Source: Nitrospirota bacterium
Lineage (GTDB): Bacteria; Nitrospirota; UBA9217
Assembly: GCA_023229435.1 (NCBI GenBank)
Contig: JALNZF010000001.1
Location: 320,002 to 384,001 of the forward strand
Reading direction: 5' to 3'
DNA: 64,000 nt
In this document: positions 12,100 through 19,528 of the stretch, piece by piece
Numbering within the stretch: the stretch's first letter is position 1
How the letters are laid out: every line of letters begins with the position of its first letter
Program-made: the position numbers and the translations under genes
The notes under the pieces: generated by a model
Database searches by the model: none
What the model saw: the letters and a program-made list of their open reading frames with translations, nothing else
Told to the model about the DNA's origin: nothing

Positions 12100-12185
12100 C
12101 CCCCTCACCTCGGTCCTCTCCCCTTGGGGAGAGGAAGTAAATGTTCCCTCGCCCCAGAGGGGAGAGGGTTAGGGTGAGGGGGGGC
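12100..12185. repeat. GC-rich palindromic intergenic element (CCCCTCACC...GGTGAGGGG family), long variant with two internal hairpins
   Basis: CCCCCTCACCTCGGTCCTCTCCCCTTGGGGAGAGG ... CCCTCGCCCCAGAGGGGAGAGGGTTAGGGTGAGGGGGGG. Related copies occur at 45164-45193 and 61291-61341. It generates spurious GEG/RGE-rich ORFs on both strands. Confidence 0.7.
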
Positions 12186-12217
12186 AGATGACAAATATTC
12201 GAAAGGAGAACTACATC

Positions 12218-12682
12218 ATGAATACACGTATTCTGCAAATTCTTATGGTCCTTATTTTGCTGGTTCCGACTGCCGTGTTTGCCGGAGATGACGACATTCT
12301 GGGCGTTTGGAACAATCAAGAGAAGAGCGCGAAGATCGAACTATTCAAATGCGGAGATAAATACTGCGGAAAGCTCGTCGAGCTCACCGAGCCGAACTAT
12401 CCGGAAGGTTCCCGGGAAGGCGTCCCGGGCACGCCGAAGTTGGACAATAACAACCCTGATCCGAATCTCAGGAAGACGCCGCGTCTGGGACTTGCCATCC
12501 TGCGTGACTTTGCGCATGCAGGAGAGAACAAATGGGCCGGGGGAAAAGTCTACGATCCCAAGAACGGAAAGACCTACAGCGGCAAGATGACGCTGGTCAC
12601 TCCGGGTCAACTCGAGATGCGCGGGTTCCTCGGCATCTCGTTGCTTGGCAGGACAGCAACATGGACGAGAGTGAATCTGTAA
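12218..12682 (+). CDS. DUF2147-family secreted protein
   Basis: AAGGAG ribosome-binding site and signal peptide MNTRILQILMVLILLVPTAVFA. The GVWNNQEKSAKIELFKCGDKYCGKLV ... GGKVYDPKNGKTYSGKMTL pattern is typical of DUF2147. Confidence 0.7.
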   Translation: MNTRILQILMVLILLVPTAVFAGDDDILGVWNNQEKSAKIELFKCGDKYCGKLVELTEPNYPEGSREGVPGTPKLDNNNPDPNLRKTPRLGLAILRDFAHAGENKWAGGKVYDPKNGKTYSGKMTLVTPGQLEMRGFLGISLLGRTATWTRVNL

Positions 12683-12776
12683 AAAATGAAAAAGTACAAC
12701 AACTGATGAAATCGTAAAAAAGTCATGTCTCACACAAAGCCACGAAGTCATCAAGAGAATAAACCTTCGTGATTAA

Positions 12777-12883
12777 TGCAAACGCATTAAATATTGTTAC
12801 CTGTAGGGCAAGGCTTTAGCCTTGCTTTAAGCAACCCTGAAGGGTTGCCCTACAAATGATATAACAACAATTATTGCGTTTGC
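12777..12883. repeat. 107-bp palindromic intergenic element (TGCAAACGCA...TGCGTTTGC ends) with two internal hairpins. This is the intact empty-site copy.
   Basis: The arms gcaaacgcattaaatattgtta-cctgtagggcaa and ttgccctaca-aatgatataacaacaattattgcgtttgc are near-complementary. Internal hairpins are caaggctttagccttg and gcaaccctgaagggttgc. A second copy at 25793-26047 is split by a MITE at its central TTAA. Confidence 0.75.
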
Positions 12884-12908
12884 TATAGTAACTGTTCAGG
12901 TCAAGATG

Positions 12909-12971
12909 TTATCCGCAGATTATGCAGATTTCATCACGCCTCGGCGTGACGTCCATCTAATCTGCGGATAA
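12909..12971. other. Nested stem-loop structure (14-bp outer stem TTATCCGCAGATTA/TAATCTGCGGATAA with an inner TCACGCC..GGCGTGA hairpin)
   Basis: Perfect 14-bp inverted repeat with a 35-nt loop that itself contains a 7-bp palindrome, followed by AAAGGGTTTTT. Lies upstream of the HEPN gene. Confidence 0.4.
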
Positions 12972-13139
12972 AAGGGTTTTTCTCTGGTGTAACGTTCTTC
13001 TGTGTTCAGATGTGCTGAATAGTTACCGTTATTATCGGATCTTTCTTCGTGATCTCTGTGCCTCCGTGTGATAATTTGATATTTTACGAGGTCATCAAAA
13101 AAGGAACAAATCTTTTGCAAAAAGCGAGGATGATAAAAC

Positions 13140-13523
13140 ATGGATGAAATACAAAGAAATCAAGTCCAAAAACGGCTGAGTCACGCAAGAGATTCCCTTA
13201 AAGACGCAAAGGCTCTCTTTACTGAAGGCGCGGAGCCGAGCTTTGTGATGAACAGCCTGTACTATACATTCCTCTATCCGGTGCTCGGACTGCTCCAGGC
13301 ACGACAGATACCGGCTCCGATTCAGAGCACGGCGATATCGCTTTTTGAGCGGGAGTACGTTCAAACAGGGATATTTGAAAGCAGGTTCCTCGATGCTTTC
13401 CGAAAGGCTTTTGACCTCCGGCCGGCTTGCGAATGTCAGAAAAATATCGCCAAAACGGATATTGAGGAACTCTTGCCCGTTGCGCAGGAATTTCTGGATG
13501 CTGTTGAAAAAAACATTCAATAA
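13140..13523 (+). CDS. HEPN-domain protein (orphan, with no adjacent nucleotidyltransferase)
   Basis: 127 aa with an all-alpha pattern, N-terminal helix with a conserved R...H region (KRLSHARDSLKDAKALF), and a hydrophobic core SLYYTFLYPVLGLL, resembling PF05168-type HEPN. Confidence 0.5.
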   Translation: MDEIQRNQVQKRLSHARDSLKDAKALFTEGAEPSFVMNSLYYTFLYPVLGLLQARQIPAPIQSTAISLFEREYVQTGIFESRFLDAFRKAFDLRPACECQKNIAKTDIEELLPVAQEFLDAVEKNIQ

Positions 13524-13571
13524 CGCATTGAAAACGACGCGCCGTCAATAATAAATCCCTTCTGGATTTTT

Positions 13572-14597
13572 TTGCCTGCCTCTGGTATAGTACGCAAGAC
13601 TTTTTGGCCCGAACAGAAACCGGGTATGGTGCAAACATTCGTGCCGGTCCGTATTATGAAAGTGGCGGAAATCAGCGATAAGAAAACAACGGTAAGACGT
13701 TACAACGCTTTTGGGCAGTACATGAAGCAGTTGTACCGCGCGCCGGTCTACAAGGTGAACGTTGACGCGGGGTTTACCTGCCCCAACCGCGATGGTACGG
13801 TTGCTACAGGCGGTTGCATTTATTGCAACAACGACAGTTTCCGGCCCTCGGCGTGCACGAGCACGGCTTCACTGCGCGAGCAGATTAGCAAGGGTATTCC
13901 CTACCTCCGCTCGCGTTATGGCGCAGAGAAGTTTATCGTCTATTTTCAGCCCTATACCAATACGTATGCGGACGTCGGGATTCTCGATCGGCTTTACCGC
14001 GAGGCGCTCGACAATCCCGGAGTTGTCGGCCTTGCCATCGGCACGAGGCCGGACTGCGTAGACGAGGAAAAGATCGCGCTGCTCGAAACGCTTGGCCGCG
14101 ACCATTTCGTTCTGGTGGAATACGGGCTCCAGTCGATCTACGATACGACTCTTTCTTTCATCAACCGGGGGCATGACTACGCCTGCTTTAAGCACGCACT
14201 TTCAATAACCATCGGAAGGGGAATTCATGTCGGAGCCCACCTCATACTCGGCTTCCCGACGGAAACGCGGGAAGAGATGCTCGCTATGGCCGATGAGGTC
14301 TCACGATTGCCGATCGAGTTCCTCAAGATCCACCAGCTTCAGGTGGTGAAGGAGACGGCGCTTGCGGATCTCTACGCGGAAAAGCCTTTTGCGGTCTTCG
14401 GTTATCATGAATATATCGAGATGCTGGCGGATTTTCTGGAACGGCTGTCGCCGGATATCGTGTTGCAGCGGCTTTTCGCGGCTGCGCCGGACGAAATCCT
14501 GATAGCGCCGCTCTGGAACAAAACTCGGAGCGAACTGCTTCGCGACCTTGATGCCTTCATGGAACAGCGGGGAAGTTACCAAGGGAAGGCGCGTTGA
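13572..14597 (+). CDS. Radical SAM protein, TIGR01212 family
   Basis: RYNAFGQYMKQLYRAPVYKVNVDAGFTCPNRDGTVATGGCIYCNN matches the TIGR01212 N-terminal signature (CPNRDG...GGCxYC). The true start may be an internal Met at about 13626 or 13656. Confidence 0.85.
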   Translation: MPASGIVRKTFWPEQKPGMVQTFVPVRIMKVAEISDKKTTVRRYNAFGQYMKQLYRAPVYKVNVDAGFTCPNRDGTVATGGCIYCNNDSFRPSACTSTASLREQISKGIPYLRSRYGAEKFIVYFQPYTNTYADVGILDRLYREALDNPGVVGLAIGTRPDCVDEEKIALLETLGRDHFVLVEYGLQSIYDTTLSFINRGHDYACFKHALSITIGRGIHVGAHLILGFPTETREEMLAMADEVSRLPIEFLKIHQLQVVKETALADLYAEKPFAVFGYHEYIEMLADFLERLSPDIVLQRLFAAAPDEILIAPLWNKTRSELLRDLDAFMEQRGSYQGKAR

Positions 14598-14604
14598 TCG
14601 CGCG

Positions 14605-14675
14605 AATTGGAAATTGAAGATTGGAAATTGGAAATTGAAAAATGCAAAATAAATTTAAAATTTCCAATTTCCAAT
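14605..14675. repeat. AT-rich tandem GGAAATT(G) repeats arranged as a long inverted repeat/hairpin between the radical SAM and PHP genes
   Basis: attggaaattgaagattggaaattggaaattgaaaaatgcaaaataaatttaaaatttccaatttccaat. The 5' TTGGAAATTGGAAATT and 3' AATTTCCAATTTCCAA form a 16-bp stem. Confidence 0.45.
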
Positions 14676-14692
14676 ACACCGAAGGTGAGGCT

Positions 14693-15355
14693 ATGATCGA
14701 TCTCCATACCCATTCTTTATTCAGCGACGGCGTGCTGGTACCGTCGGAACTGGTGCGGCGCGCGGTGATGAAAGGGTACGAAGTTATCGCGATCACGGAC
14801 CACGCCGACGCCTCAAACCTTGATTTCACTATCCCGCGGGTGGCCGCCGCGTGCAAAGAACTTAACCGTCGATGGAAGATCACGGCCCTGCCTGGCATCG
14901 AGCTCACGCACATTCCGCCGGAAACCTTCACCGAACTCACCGACCGGGCCCGCGCTCTCGGCGCAATGATCGTGGTCGCCCACGGCGAAACGCTCGTGGA
15001 ACCTGTCCACCCGGGGACGAACAGGGCGGCGATCGAGGCGAGGGTTGACATCCTCGCTCATCCCGGCTTGATCACCAAAGAAGAAGCCGAACTCGCTTTC
15101 AAAAACGGGGTACATCTTGAGATCACTGCGCGCAAGGGACACAGCCTGTCGAACGGACATGTGGCAAAGAGAGCAGGCGAGACGGGCGCCAAACTCGTGA
15201 TCGATACGGACACCCACGAACCGGGAGACTTGATCACCGATGAGTTTGCGCGGAACATCCTGCTCGGCGCGGGCCTGAGCACGGATGCGATTGCCGCGAT
15301 TTTTCAAAATTCGAAGAGTCTGGCCGCAAAAGCGATTGCGTCTTTCAATAAGTAA
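14693..15355 (+). CDS. PHP-domain metal-dependent phosphoesterase (histidinol-phosphatase-like)
   Basis: MIDLHTHSLFSDG...AITDHAD...HGE...HP motifs of the PHP family. GGTGAGG ribosome-binding site before ATG 14693. Confidence 0.8.
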   Translation: MIDLHTHSLFSDGVLVPSELVRRAVMKGYEVIAITDHADASNLDFTIPRVAAACKELNRRWKITALPGIELTHIPPETFTELTDRARALGAMIVVAHGETLVEPVHPGTNRAAIEARVDILAHPGLITKEEAELAFKNGVHLEITARKGHSLSNGHVAKRAGETGAKLVIDTDTHEPGDLITDEFARNILLGAGLSTDAIAAIFQNSKSLAAKAIASFNK

Positions 15356-15474
15356 CAGCGGCACAAAAACAGGATAACTCGGAAAAACGGAATCATGTAT
15401 GCCGCATAGTCTTTACTGTCTTTGTGCCAATAAGATTCTCATTATATCTAACCATGCAAGGGAGGTTTTTGGAA

Positions 15475-16188
15475 ATGCTTACGATCAAGAAAAAAGTACG
15501 TGTCACAAAGCAAACACAGGAACAGGAGATCGCGACCATCATGAACAAGGTCACGACAGTTCTGTTAGCTTACAAAAAACAGGTTGTCATCGCCGTATTA
15601 TTGCTGATAGCGCTGCTCGTGATAACCGGTGGCTATTCACTCATGCGGTCCGGGGATGAGCGGAAGGCCAGGTCGCTTCTCACTACTGCCTATGAATCCT
15701 ATAGTTCATCGGGGTATTCGCCGGCGGACTACGGAAAAGCTCTTGAACTCTTCCGCGGCGTCCAGAATAAATATTCCGGGACCATGAGCGCGGCGATCTC
15801 ACAGTATTACGCCGGCAACTGTCTGGCGAATCTCGGTCAGGCGGAAGAGGCGCTCAAAGAATATCAGGCTTTTGTAAATACCTACTCGGGCAAAAAATTT
15901 CTGCTGAAACTTGTGTATCAGCGCATGGGGTATGTGTACGTCATGCTCGGGAAACAGGCCGAGGCCATCAAGGCATTCGAACAATCAGATGCCATCGGAG
16001 ACCCGGGCGTTGCTACTATCGAACTCGCGAGACTTTATGAGGCTTCCGGGAATATTCCCGAATCACAGAAAAAATATAAAATAGTGAAAGAGAAACTCGT
16101 CGGTTCAACATGGAGCGTAGAAGCAATGGGAAAGACGCAGGCGATCGAACCTGCTTCGAAACCGGTTGCTGAAAAAGCGGGGAAGTAA
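15475..16188 (+). CDS. Membrane-anchored tetratricopeptide-repeat protein (YfgM-like)
   Basis: GGGAGG ribosome-binding site, N-terminal basic region followed by one transmembrane helix (VVIAVLLLIALLVITGGY), and TPR-like helical repeats (AEEALKEYQAFV..., AEAIKAFEQS...). Confidence 0.65.
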   Translation: MLTIKKKVRVTKQTQEQEIATIMNKVTTVLLAYKKQVVIAVLLLIALLVITGGYSLMRSGDERKARSLLTTAYESYSSSGYSPADYGKALELFRGVQNKYSGTMSAAISQYYAGNCLANLGQAEEALKEYQAFVNTYSGKKFLLKLVYQRMGYVYVMLGKQAEAIKAFEQSDAIGDPGVATIELARLYEASGNIPESQKKYKIVKEKLVGSTWSVEAMGKTQAIEPASKPVAEKAGK

Positions 16189-16529
16189 CGGTTGGAACGG
16201 GATAGTAACGGCCATACATGCATTTTCGGAGGAAAACGCGAACATTCCCTGTCCCGGTTGCTGAATGCCGCTCTCTGAAAAATCGCTACTCGGATGGAAT
16301 GCGGAAGATCATCCTTGCCGGAATTAGCGCTCTTACCGAGGGGAAGATGCCCGAGAGGGTCAGGCATGCGGATAGCCGCCATATCTATACGGTGCAGACG
16401 CCGCATGATGCTCGTTCACGCGTAATAAAATAAGACTCAACCCGCTATTTCCCAGGTAGTTTACAGCATACGTACTAAATGTCGAGTGTCGTCACCGGTC
16501 CCCACTTCATCTGATTTTCATCGATCCTG

Positions 16530-18755
16530 TTGCAGTGTCCTATGAAGATAAAGAACAAGAATAAGAAAATACTGTTCTTGATCGTCGCGGGCTTCCTGCT
16601 CTTTGCGGCATATACGGCTGTTCATTCGTTCCTGTTCCCGCACGGGACGTTTCCGAATGCGTTGCTTTTTGACCTCTCCGATTATGAACTTAATTTTAAC
16701 TCATTATTTCTTGCCGGTCTCGTTGTTTTCGGAGCCCTTGCAGGCCTGTTCGGCATGCTGGCTAAAAGAATACTGGCAAAATATCGCCTGACCGGGGAAC
16801 AATTCAAGAATCTCGTCGAACTATCGAACGACATTATCACGATCACCGACAAGGACGGGAAATTGTTGTTCATGAATGATGCAGCCTGTCGTATTCTCGA
16901 ACGAAAACCGATAGAAGTGATCGGCAGCCCGTTCATGGAACTCGTGCACCCCGATGACAGAAAAAGATACCTGGGAAAGCGCGAAGAACTGGAAAAACTG
17001 AGAACCGATACGTTCATTGTTGAGAGCCGGTTCAGTACGAAGAGCGGAAAATCCATAACGGTCCTCCACACGGTCCGCGTGCTCACTGATAATGCGGGAG
17101 CGCTTGTCGGGATGCTTGGCATCGCGAGAAATATTACCGAGGGCAAGCGCGCGGAAGAATCGATGCAGAAGGCTCTTGCGCGAGTAACTGATGATAAGAC
17201 GAGGTTGGAATCCATTCTTTCAACGATCGACGAGGGCATCAGTATTCAGAATACGGATTTTAAGGTCCTTTACCGGAATCAGGCGCACCTGCGTATCTTC
17301 GGCAGGGAGGCCGGGGGTGGATATTGTTACCAGGCATACACTCATGCTGATTCACTCTGTCCCGGCTGTCCGGTGGAGGATACCTTTAAAGATGGAAAGA
17401 TCCATCGGCTGGAAAAAGAGCTGTCAAGTAATGGTGATGTTCGAATCGTTGAGATCAAAGCCTCTCCCGTGCTGGATGCCTCAGGCAATGTCGTCGCCGG
17501 CATCGAAGAGGTCAGGGACATTACGGCACGCAAACGCGCGGAAGAGAAATTAAGGATGTTTTCCGTTGCCATTGAAGAGGCGATTGACGGCATTCAAATC
17601 GTCGATCTCGACGACCATATCGTCTATTCCAACAAAGCAATAGGGCTGATCTACGGATTTTCGCATGAGGAACTTGTGGGGAAGCATATCAGTGAGATGA
17701 ACGCTGACCGGGAGTTTGCCGACCGGTTCATCATCCCGAAGGTCAGAGAAACGGGTCAGTGGAGCGGAGAGCTTATGGCTGTCCATAAGGACAGGAGAAC
17801 CTTTCCAATCTGGTTTTCCACGTCCCTCGTGAAGAGCGAGCACGGCCGGCCCATTGCAATGATAAGCTCCATTCAGGATATTACCGAGCGCAAACAGGCA
17901 GAAGAGACCATGAAACAGAATCATGACCAGCTTATGAAGCTGGTTGAAGAACGCACCCGGGAACTGTCAAGCGCAAATCAGAAGCTCCTCAGTGAGATCG
18001 CGGATCGTGAAAAAATTGAACAGGAACTGCTCAAGTCGCAGAAACTCGAATCGCTCGGCATCCTCGCCGGCGGCATTGCGCATGACTTCAATAACCTGCT
18101 TGCGTCGATTGCGGGTAACATCTCGCTCGCAATGCTGGACGTCGATCCAACGAACAGCGCCTATCGGCAGCTCGAAGGAGCGGAGAAGGCTTCGCTCAGG
18201 GCCCGGGACCTTATCCGACAGCTGCTCACGTTCTCGAAGGGCGGAGCTCCGGTAAAAAAAGCGGTGGCCATCGGCGACCTGATCCGGGAAGTCACCGGTT
18301 TTACCGTGCACGGTTCACGCGTAAAGTTCTTTTTTTCCCTCCCCGAGGACCTCTGGCCTGCGGACGCAGACGAAGGTCAGATCAGCCAGGTTCTCCATAA
18401 TCTTATCATCAATGCGGACCAGGCAATGCCCAGGGGGGGGACGATCACGATCAGCTGTGAAAATACCGTTGTTGCTGAGCCTTCAAAACTGCCCTTGAAA
18501 CAGGGAAATTACGTGAGGATCAACATTCGGGACCATGGTATCGGCATAACGCAGGAGAATCTCTCGAAGATATTCGATCCATATTTTACGACAAAGCAGA
18601 AAGGGAGCGGGCTGGGCCTTGCCATGGCATATTCCATTATCAGCCAGCACAGCGGACATATTTATGCGGAATCGAAACCAGGGAAAGGCACAACCTTGAT
18701 CATCTATCTTCCCGCAACCGATTCGGGAACAGCGCAAAAAGGACCAGTACAATGA
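16530..18755 (+). CDS. Multi-PAS sensor histidine kinase
   Basis: Two N-terminal transmembrane helices, at least three PAS/PAC modules, coiled coil, HisKA H-box SQKLESLGILAGGIAHDFNNLL, and HATPase_c N/G1/G2 boxes (HNLIINADQAM...GSGLGLA). Confidence 0.9.
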   Translation: MQCPMKIKNKNKKILFLIVAGFLLFAAYTAVHSFLFPHGTFPNALLFDLSDYELNFNSLFLAGLVVFGALAGLFGMLAKRILAKYRLTGEQFKNLVELSNDIITITDKDGKLLFMNDAACRILERKPIEVIGSPFMELVHPDDRKRYLGKREELEKLRTDTFIVESRFSTKSGKSITVLHTVRVLTDNAGALVGMLGIARNITEGKRAEESMQKALARVTDDKTRLESILSTIDEGISIQNTDFKVLYRNQAHLRIFGREAGGGYCYQAYTHADSLCPGCPVEDTFKDGKIHRLEKELSSNGDVRIVEIKASPVLDASGNVVAGIEEVRDITARKRAEEKLRMFSVAIEEAIDGIQIVDLDDHIVYSNKAIGLIYGFSHEELVGKHISEMNADREFADRFIIPKVRETGQWSGELMAVHKDRRTFPIWFSTSLVKSEHGRPIAMISSIQDITERKQAEETMKQNHDQLMKLVEERTRELSSANQKLLSEIADREKIEQELLKSQKLESLGILAGGIAHDFNNLLASIAGNISLAMLDVDPTNSAYRQLEGAEKASLRARDLIRQLLTFSKGGAPVKKAVAIGDLIREVTGFTVHGSRVKFFFSLPEDLWPADADEGQISQVLHNLIINADQAMPRGGTITISCENTVVAEPSKLPLKQGNYVRINIRDHGIGITQENLSKIFDPYFTTKQKGSGLGLAMAYSIISQHSGHIYAESKPGKGTTLIIYLPATDSGTAQKGPVQ

Positions 18756-19177
18756 TATCATTCACGGGCACAGGGAAAATATTGCTGATGGATGACGAAG
18801 AGGACATCAGGCAAAGCACGGGAGACGTGCTCAAGCGACTTGGTTATACGGTGGAATTCGCCGGTGATGGATCACGTGCCGTCGATCTGTATCAAGAGGC
18901 GAGGGAGGCAGGAAAACCCTTTGATGCCGTGATCATGGACCTGACCATTCCGAACGGCATGGGCGGGAACGAAGCGATTGAGAGATTGCTTGCAATCGAC
19001 CCGAACGTCAGGGCGATCTTGTCGAGCGGACATCTGGACCATCCGATCGTGGAAGATTACAAAAAGTACGGTTTCTGTGGAATGGTAAGAAAGCCCTTCC
19101 GTATCAGTGACCTGGGAGAGACCTTGCATGCCGTAATTCAGAATAGCGTATCAGGCGCACCCGAAGGGCATTCGTAA
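18752..19177 (+). CDS. CheY-like single-domain response regulator
   Basis: ATGA overlap with the kinase stop. Receiver motifs LLMDDEEDIR...D...MDLTIP...K. Confidence 0.9.
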   Translation: MISFTGTGKILLMDDEEDIRQSTGDVLKRLGYTVEFAGDGSRAVDLYQEAREAGKPFDAVIMDLTIPNGMGGNEAIERLLAIDPNVRAILSSGHLDHPIVEDYKKYGFCGMVRKPFRISDLGETLHAVIQNSVSGAPEGHS

Positions 19178-19320
19178 AGATAGATTGGATTCCGGAACAA
19201 ACGATAGAGCAATGCATCTATCCAGGATAATGCGATTTTCGATCTTTCCGTATATCGTGCGGAGGGTCGGACAGGTATCATCGGTGATAGCGGCGTAATT
19301 CGCAGATTATGATTGATCTA

Positions 19321-19465
19321 ACAGGTTGTTGAAAAACACTTAGTTTACCCTTCGACCCTTCGGCAAGCTCAGGGTTCAGGGCGAACGGAGCGTGTATTGA
19401 ATTTATTCGTATTTATCCGTTCGTGGTGAGCCTGTCGAACCACAAAAAGACTTTTTCAACAGCCT
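19321..19465. mobile_element. MITE-like element copy 1 (~145 bp) with terminal inverted repeats CAGGTTGTTGAAAAA / TTTTTCAACAGCCTG, flanked by CTAA direct repeats
   Basis: Near-identical to copies at 21089-21226 and 25847-25990. 15-17 bp terminal inverted repeats. CTAA duplication at 19317-19320 and 19466-19469. Confidence 0.75.
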
Positions 19466-19474
19466 GCTAATAAT

Positions 19475-19513
19475 TAAAAAACGGGTCAGGGAATATTCCC
19501 TGACCCGTTTTTT
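19475..19513. terminator. Bidirectional Rho-independent terminator
   Basis: AAAAAACGGGTCAGGG-aatatt-CCCTGACCCGTTTTTTT: 11-bp GC-rich stem with an A-tract 5' and a T-tract 3'. It lies between the convergent response-regulator and lytic transglycosylase genes. Confidence 0.85.
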
Positions 19514-19528
19514 TGTCATAATGCAAGG

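Noticed and set aside
12065-12319. 84-aa minus-strand ORF encoding ...SPLGRGNIYFLSPRGEDRGEGEFS...
   Set aside because: It is a translation artefact of the GC-rich palindromic repeat at 12100-12185. The same applies to 45039-45245(+) over the 45164-45193 half-copy.
16218-16433. 71-aa ORF in the gap between the TPR-protein gene and the histidine kinase gene
   Set aside because: It has no ribosome-binding site, an Arg-rich low-complexity sequence, and no homology signal. The region is probably intergenic.
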